From Candidatus Latescibacterota bacterium (GTDB lineage Bacteria > Latescibacterota > UBA2968 > GCA-2709665), in assembly GCA_965248435.1 (NCBI GenBank), contig OZ252100.1:4832001-4896000 (forward strand): a stretch of 64,000 bases of DNA, written 5' to 3'. The position numbers and the translations under genes are program-made. Position 1 is the first letter of the stretch; each line of letters starts with the position of its first letter. Shown in pieces: positions 58,501-64,000 of the stretch. The notes under the pieces were generated by a model. It saw only the letters and a program-made list of their open reading frames with translations. It was not told the DNA's origin and ran no database searches.

Positions 58501-59860
58501 TGCACGGCCGCCGGAACAAAGGCCGGTGATCGAGCCGGGCCATACCTACGGTTCGATCACGGACAAGATCAGCGCGATCGTGATGACCCGGCGGACGCCC
58601 CTGGGGTGGTTCGTGGGGTTCGCGATCGCCTTTTCGCTGCTTATGGTCCTGCTGATCTCTGTGACGTATCTGCTGGTGAAAGGGACCGGAATCTGGGGTC
58701 TGAACGTGCCGGTGGGGTGGGGGTTCGCGATCATCAACTTCGTCTGGTGGATCGGGATCGGTCACGCAGGCACGCTGATTTCGGCCATCCTCCTGCTCCT
58801 GCGGCAGGATTGGCGGACCTCGATCAACCGATTCGCAGAGGCGATGACGATCTTCGCCGTCTCCTGCGCGGCCCTCTTTCCGCTCCTCCACGCCGGCCGC
58901 CCCTGGCTCGCGGCCTACTGGCTACTCCCTTACCCGAATACGATGGGGCTCTGGCCTCAGTTCCGGTCCCCGTTGATCTGGGACGTGTTCGCGGTTTCGA
59001 CCTACGCAACGGTCTCGGCCCTGTTCTGGTTCGTGGGACTGATTCCCGACATGGCCACCCTACGGGACCGGACGCTGAACCGCTGGGCACGGGCGGTCTA
59101 CGGAATCCTGGCCATGGGGTGGCGGGGATCGGCGAGGCACTGGTATCGCTACGAGACGGCCTATCTGCTGCTTGCCGGCCTGGCCACACCGCTCGTGATC
59201 TCGGTACATACGATCGTGAGCTTCGATTTCGCGATCGCCATCATTCCAGGCTGGCACGCCACGATCTTCCCACCCTATTTCGTGGCTGGGGCGATCTACG
59301 CCGGGTTCGCTATGGTGCTGACGCTGGCCATTCCGCTCCGGAAGGTCTACGGGCTCGAAGATTTCATCACGAACCGGCACCTGGAGAACATGGCCAAGGT
59401 CCTGCTAGCGACGGGCCTGATCGTGTTCTACGGATACGTGATGGAAGTGTTCTTTGCGTGGTACAGCGCCAGTCCGTATGAAGGCTACATGATGCAGAAC
59501 CGGATGAACGGCCCCTACGCGCACATCTACTGGATGCTGATGATTTGCAACGGCCTGGCGCCGCAGGCGATCTGGATCAGACAAGTTCGCACCAGTGCAC
59601 TGGGACTGTTTTGTGTGGCGATGTTCGTGAATCTCGGGATGTGGCTCGAGCGGTTCGTGATCGTGGTGACGAGTCTGCATCGGGATTTCATGCCCTCGTC
59701 CTGGGACATGTATTCGGGCACGGTCTGGGACTGGGGGATGTACGTGGGCTCGATCGGGCTGTTCTTTACGTTGATGTTCCTCTTTCTCAGGATCATGCCG
59801 ATGATCTCGATTTTCGAGATGCGCACCCTGGTGCCTTCCAAGCCGGAGGACCAGAAGTAG
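58493..59860 (+). CDS. actC: Alternative complex III NrfD-like subunit
   Basis: NFVWWIGIGHAGTLISAIL and SPLIWDVFAVSTY. Confidence 0.93.
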   Translation: MASARPPEQRPVIEPGHTYGSITDKISAIVMTRRTPLGWFVGFAIAFSLLMVLLISVTYLLVKGTGIWGLNVPVGWGFAIINFVWWIGIGHAGTLISAILLLLRQDWRTSINRFAEAMTIFAVSCAALFPLLHAGRPWLAAYWLLPYPNTMGLWPQFRSPLIWDVFAVSTYATVSALFWFVGLIPDMATLRDRTLNRWARAVYGILAMGWRGSARHWYRYETAYLLLAGLATPLVISVHTIVSFDFAIAIIPGWHATIFPPYFVAGAIYAGFAMVLTLAIPLRKVYGLEDFITNRHLENMAKVLLATGLIVFYGYVMEVFFAWYSASPYEGYMMQNRMNGPYAHIYWMLMICNGLAPQAIWIRQVRTSALGLFCVAMFVNLGMWLERFVIVVTSLHRDFMPSSWDMYSGTVWDWGMYVGSIGLFFTLMFLFLRIMPMISIFEMRTLVPSKPEDQK

Positions 59861-59900
59861 GAATGTTACTCGTCTCGTGAGCTGAGTAAGGTAAGACCCC

Positions 59901-60440
59901 ATGAATGAGAAACCGCATCTCTACGGGTTGATGGCCGATTTCAACAGTCCGGAAGACCTGGTCAAGGCGACTGAACGCGCCTATGGGGCAGGCTACCGGA
60001 AGATGGATGGCTACAGCCCGATGCCGATCGAGGGCCTGGCCGAGGCGCTGGGTTTCACTCGGACCGGCCTTCCGGCCCTCGTCCTGCTCGGCGGTCTGCT
60101 CGGCGGGCTCGCGGGCTACCTGCTCCAGTATTACACCGCAGTGATCGACTATCCGATGAACGTGGGCGGAAGGCCGTTTCACAGCTGGCCGGCGTTCATA
60201 CCGGTGACGTTCGAGATGACCATCCTTGCGGCCGCGGGCGCGGCCGTGTTCGGAATGCTGGCCCTGAACGGCTTACCCATGCCCTATCATCCCGTGTTCA
60301 ACGTGGAGAGTTTCAAACTGGCGACACGAGACCAGTTCTTCCTCTGTATCGAGTCTGTCGATGCACAGTTCGATCTCGTGGAAACGAGAAGGTTTCTGGA
60401 GGGCCTGAATCCTGTCGAGGTGTCGGAAGTTGAGCCATAA
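59901..60440 (+). CDS. actD: Alternative complex III ActD (DUF3341)
   Basis: YSPMPIEG, DYPMNVGGRP and PVTFEMTIL. Confidence 0.9.
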   Translation: MNEKPHLYGLMADFNSPEDLVKATERAYGAGYRKMDGYSPMPIEGLAEALGFTRTGLPALVLLGGLLGGLAGYLLQYYTAVIDYPMNVGGRPFHSWPAFIPVTFEMTILAAAGAAVFGMLALNGLPMPYHPVFNVESFKLATRDQFFLCIESVDAQFDLVETRRFLEGLNPVEVSEVEP

Positions 60441-61041
60441 GGGAGCCGGCTTGAGATTCGTGTGGCGGTTCCTCATTTGCCTGACGCTGAGCGCGGGGTG
60501 CCGGGGAGAGACCGGCCTGGAACAGCTCAGACAGGCCATGTTCGACCAGCCGCGTTACGAGCCGCTCGAAGCGAGCGCCTTTTTCAAGGATGGCCGATCT
60601 GCGCGTCCCCAGGTAAGGGGCACGGTCGCGCGCGGCCAGCTCCGCGCAGACCCCCATCTCTACACAGGCAAGGTCGGCGATGATCTGGCGACGACATTCC
60701 CGTTTCCGGTGACGATGGAAGTCATCCAGCGCGGTCGCGAGCGATACGAAATTTTCTGTACGCCCTGTCACGACCGGGCCGGCACCGGAAAGGGTATGGT
60801 TGTGAGGCGGGGATTCAAGCCACCTCCATCGCTCCACATAGACCGCCTGCGGGAAGAGCCTGTCGGACATTTCTACGACGTGATGGCGAGCGGTTACGGA
60901 ACCATGGCCAGCTACGCCTCCAGGATTACGCCGGTGGACAGGTGGGCGATCGTCTCATACATTCGCGCGCTGCAGCTGAGCCAGCACGCTGGAATCGAAG
61001 ACCTGCCGGAAGCAGAACGCAGGCGACTCGAAGCGGAGTAG
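60430..61041 (+). CDS. actE: Alternative complex III monoheme lipoprotein
   Basis: Lipobox SAGC, MFDQPRY, CTPCH and DRWAIVSYIRALQ. Confidence 0.9.
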   Translation: MSHKGAGLRFVWRFLICLTLSAGCRGETGLEQLRQAMFDQPRYEPLEASAFFKDGRSARPQVRGTVARGQLRADPHLYTGKVGDDLATTFPFPVTMEVIQRGRERYEIFCTPCHDRAGTGKGMVVRRGFKPPPSLHIDRLREEPVGHFYDVMASGYGTMASYASRITPVDRWAIVSYIRALQLSQHAGIEDLPEAERRRLEAE

Positions 61042-61045
61042 GTAA

Positions 61046-62245
61046 GTGGCGCAAGCAGAGTCAATAGATCACCCTTTTATAGACCAGATTCAGAGGCGGT
61101 CGCTTCTCGTCGGCGTCGTGGCCCTGGCCGCGTGTGTCGCGGGCGCCCTGCTGAGTCCCGAGCAGTTCTTTCGGTCGTATCTGTTCGGGTACCTTTTCTG
61201 GATTGGGATCGCATTGGGAAGCATCGCCCTGGTCATGCTGCACCACATGGTCGGGGGAGGCTGGGGCTTCCTGATCCGCCGTCTGCTCGAGGCGGCGTCC
61301 CGAACCATGCCGCTGATGGCCCTGCTGTTCATCCCGATCCTGGCCGGGATGCATTACATATATATATGGACGCACGCAGACCTTGTGGCCGTCGATGAGG
61401 TCCTGCAGCATAAGCAGTCCTATCTCAATGTCCCTTTCTTCATCGCCCGGGCCGTGGTCTACTTCCTGATCTGGACCGGGATGGTCTTCTTCCTGAACCG
61501 GTGGTCTCTCGAGCAGGACCGTACTGGAGACCTCTCTCTGAGCCGGCGACTGCAGATGTTGAGCGGCCCCGGCCTGCTGCTCTACGGGATCACGGTCACC
61601 TTCGCATCGATCGACTGGGTGATGTCTCTAGAGCCGCACTGGTTTTCGACTATCTACGGCCTCCTTTTCATCATCGGCCAGGCCCTGGCCACGATGGCGC
61701 TGGCGATCGTGATGGTGGCCAAGCTATCTGACCGGAAGCCGCTGTCAGATCTGGCGTCACCCAAGCACCTGAGGGATCTCGGGACCCTGATGTTCGCCTT
61801 CGTGATGCTGTGGGCCTACTTTTCTTTTTCGCAGTGGCTGATCATCTGGGCCGGAGATCTTCCGGAGGAGAATTCCTGGTATCTGAGCCGAATCAAGGGG
61901 GGCTGGGGGTGGATCGCGCTGGGGGTGATTCTGTTTCACTTCGTGCTTCCGTTCTCGCTTCTGCTTTCCCGACAGATCAAGCGTCGGGCAAAGGTGATGA
62001 TGGGTGTCGCCATCGGGATGCTATTCATGCGGCTGGTGGACCTGTTCTGGATCGTCACCCCTGCATTCGGCAGCCACGGATCCCATTCGGCGCCCGTGCA
62101 CATCCACTGGATGGATCTGGCGGCGCCGATCGGCATCGGTGGGCTCTGGCTGGCATTTTTCGCCTGGCAGCTGAAGGGGAAGTCACTGATACCGATCAAA
62201 GACCCCGGGCTTGAAGAAGCGCTGGCTTCTGCGGAGGGCCATTAG
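61046..62245 (+). CDS. actF: Alternative complex III ActF
   Basis: DWVMSLEPHWFSTIYG, DLG.L.FAF..LWAY and QW.IIW. Confidence 0.9.
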   Translation: MAQAESIDHPFIDQIQRRSLLVGVVALAACVAGALLSPEQFFRSYLFGYLFWIGIALGSIALVMLHHMVGGGWGFLIRRLLEAASRTMPLMALLFIPILAGMHYIYIWTHADLVAVDEVLQHKQSYLNVPFFIARAVVYFLIWTGMVFFLNRWSLEQDRTGDLSLSRRLQMLSGPGLLLYGITVTFASIDWVMSLEPHWFSTIYGLLFIIGQALATMALAIVMVAKLSDRKPLSDLASPKHLRDLGTLMFAFVMLWAYFSFSQWLIIWAGDLPEENSWYLSRIKGGWGWIALGVILFHFVLPFSLLLSRQIKRRAKVMMGVAIGMLFMRLVDLFWIVTPAFGSHGSHSAPVHIHWMDLAAPIGIGGLWLAFFAWQLKGKSLIPIKDPGLEEALASAEGH

Positions 62246-62249
62246 GACT

Positions 62250-62663
62250 ATGAGTGAACCGACCCACAACGAGACGTCAGCTGACAGCATCGACAAGGGC
62301 TACGAGGTTTCCGATGCGAGGATCTCTCCTCTGATCATCTCCGGGATCGTTCTGCTTTTGATAATGCTCCTGGGCATCGGACTGATGGCCGGGATGTTCG
62401 ATCTTCTGGCAAGCCTCGGGTCAGACAATAGACCGCAGCTTCCTGCGACCGCGGCGTTTCGCGCGCCGCCACCCGGGCCGCGTCTACAAACGGACCCTTC
62501 AGAGGAACTCGTGGGACAGCGGGCTGAGGAGGCCGCCCTTCTGACGCACTACGAGTGGGTGGACCGCAGCAACGGTGTCGTCCGAATTCCTGTGGCGCGG
62601 GCCATGGCGCTCCTTGCCGACCGCGGGCTTCCGGCAAGGGGTCAAAAGGGGGGAGGAAGATGA
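62250..62663 (+). CDS. actG: ActG-like protein
   Basis: One TM, PPGPRLQ and YEWVD...VRIP..AM. Position within the act operon. Confidence 0.7.
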   Translation: MSEPTHNETSADSIDKGYEVSDARISPLIISGIVLLLIMLLGIGLMAGMFDLLASLGSDNRPQLPATAAFRAPPPGPRLQTDPSEELVGQRAEEAALLTHYEWVDRSNGVVRIPVARAMALLADRGLPARGQKGGGR

Positions 62664-63490
62664 GGGCAGGCCGCGGTGGGATCCGTCTCCTGGCCTGCTG
62701 CATCCTCTGCCTGCTATGCGCGTTTACGGCGAGCGGGCAGCAGAGGGTGCAGACCGTTTTGAGTGAGGTCGGCATCGATCAAAGGCTTGGGGACGCAATC
62801 CCCCTGGACCTGGCCTTCCGAAACGAGGCCGGCGAAGCAGTTCGGTTGGGCGACTATCTCGGGGAAAAGCCGGCCATTCTCTCACTGGTCTATTACGAAT
62901 GTCCGATGCTCTGCACTCAGATCTTGAACGGTCTTCTGGCCAGCCTTCGGGTGCTTTCATTCGATGTCGGGAGCGAGTTCGAAGTGATCACGGTAAGTTT
63001 TGACCCTGAAGAGACTGCGGACCTCGCCCGGGAGAAGAAGGAATCTTATGTAGGAAGATACGGGCGAAAGGGCGCGGCTTCGGGATGGCACTTCCTCACC
63101 GGGGATTCGGCCTCGATCGAGGCGCTGACCCGGGCGGTCGGGTTTCGATATGTCTATGATCCGGGTTCCGAGCTGTTTGCGCACGCCAGCGGGGTGATGG
63201 TCCTGACTCCGGAAGGCAGACTGTCCCGCTATTTTTACGGCATCGAGTACGCACCGAGAGACCTGCGACTGGGGTTGATCGAGGCCTCTGCGAACGAGAT
63301 CGGAACGGCCGTGGACGAGGTGCTCCTTTACTGCTTCAGGTACGATCCAAGCTCAGGAAAGTACAGCCTGGTCATCATGAACGTGGTCCGACTGGCGGGC
63401 ATCGCGACGGTCGGGCTGCTGGGTGGGTTCGTGTTCATCATGCTTCGACGCGAACGACGCCAGAGCGGTGGGCCTGTTGGCGCTGCTTAA
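62660..63490 (+). CDS. SCO family copper chaperone
   Basis: YYECPMLC, FAH and RYFYGIEY. Confidence 0.9.
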   Translation: MRAGRGGIRLLACCILCLLCAFTASGQQRVQTVLSEVGIDQRLGDAIPLDLAFRNEAGEAVRLGDYLGEKPAILSLVYYECPMLCTQILNGLLASLRVLSFDVGSEFEVITVSFDPEETADLAREKKESYVGRYGRKGAASGWHFLTGDSASIEALTRAVGFRYVYDPGSELFAHASGVMVLTPEGRLSRYFYGIEYAPRDLRLGLIEASANEIGTAVDEVLLYCFRYDPSSGKYSLVIMNVVRLAGIATVGLLGGFVFIMLRRERRQSGGPVGAA

Positions 63491-63537
63491 GGACTAGATA
63501 TGGCCTTTCACCAGACATTGAGGCATTTCGTTTAGGT

Positions 63538-64000
63538 ATGTGGACAGATTTCTCTCTCTTTCCACCGAGCGCTTCGACGTTTGCGGACAGCGTAGACGCC
63601 CTCTACTTCGTTCTGATCGCGCTCAGTCTCTTTTTTTCGACGGGCATCTTCGTCACGATCTTTGTCTTCGCGATTCGATACCGTCGCCGCTCGGAGGACT
63701 ACCGGCCCCCCGCAGTCGAAGGCAACCTGAAACTGGAGCTCACCTGGTCGCTCATCCCCCTGGGCTTGGCCATGGTCATTTTCGTGTGGGGCGCGACGCT
63801 CTATTTCTCGATTTACAACCCACCTGCCGACGCGATGGAGATCTACGTTGTGGGGAAACAGTGGATGTGGAAGGTGCAGCATCCACAAGGGAAGCGAGAG
63901 ATCAACAGCCTGCACGTCCCGATCGGTCAGCCCGTGCGTCTCACGATGACCTCGGAAGATGTGATCCACGACTTTTTCATCCCGGCGTTTCGAGTCAAGA
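63538..64000 (+). CDS. coxB: Cytochrome c oxidase subunit II (3' truncated by window edge)
   Basis: MWTDFSLFPPSAST..., LELTWSLIP, GKQWMW and SEDVIHDFFIPAFRVK. Confidence 0.92.
   Translation, partial: MWTDFSLFPPSASTFADSVDALYFVLIALSLFFSTGIFVTIFVFAIRYRRRSEDYRPPAVEGNLKLELTWSLIPLGLAMVIFVWGATLYFSIYNPPADAMEIYVVGKQWMWKVQHPQGKREINSLHVPIGQPVRLTMTSEDVIHDFFIPAFRVK

Noticed and set aside
54875-64000. ACIII-oxidase operon as a novel system
   Set aside because: It is the standard, well-described actA-G + SCO + coxB arrangement.

Overview
GC-rich (my estimate is about 58-60%) bacterial chromosomal window. A C-terminal DFDGDG EF-hand/dockerin-like tail, an archaeal-type PheRS and an alternative complex III suggest an uncultured diderm such as Latescibacterota (inference only). 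Positions 1-12.5 kb are an accessory region. It holds a minus-strand array of attC-like cassettes with no IntI in the window, headed by an element encoding an IntI-like tyrosine recombinase and an IS91-type HUH/Y2 transposase. That element itself has cassette-type ends. The region also holds catalase and IS91 remnants and a GH127 gene. The rest is mostly core or metabolic: an ECF sigma/anti-sigma/Spy-like operon, ilvB with a Val-rich attenuator, aguBA, an NCS2 permease, a 4-PAS hybrid kinase, T-box-controlled archaeal-type pheST, form II coxSLMG, penicillin acylase, cysK, ssb, and actA-G plus SCO and coxB. Between 38.9 and 53.2 kb lie scattered motility-linked genes: an orphan fliG, a PilZ-like protein, a FliF-C-terminus-like membrane protein and several small proteins, some with sigma54- or sigma28-like promoters. 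No tRNA, rRNA or CRISPR array was seen.
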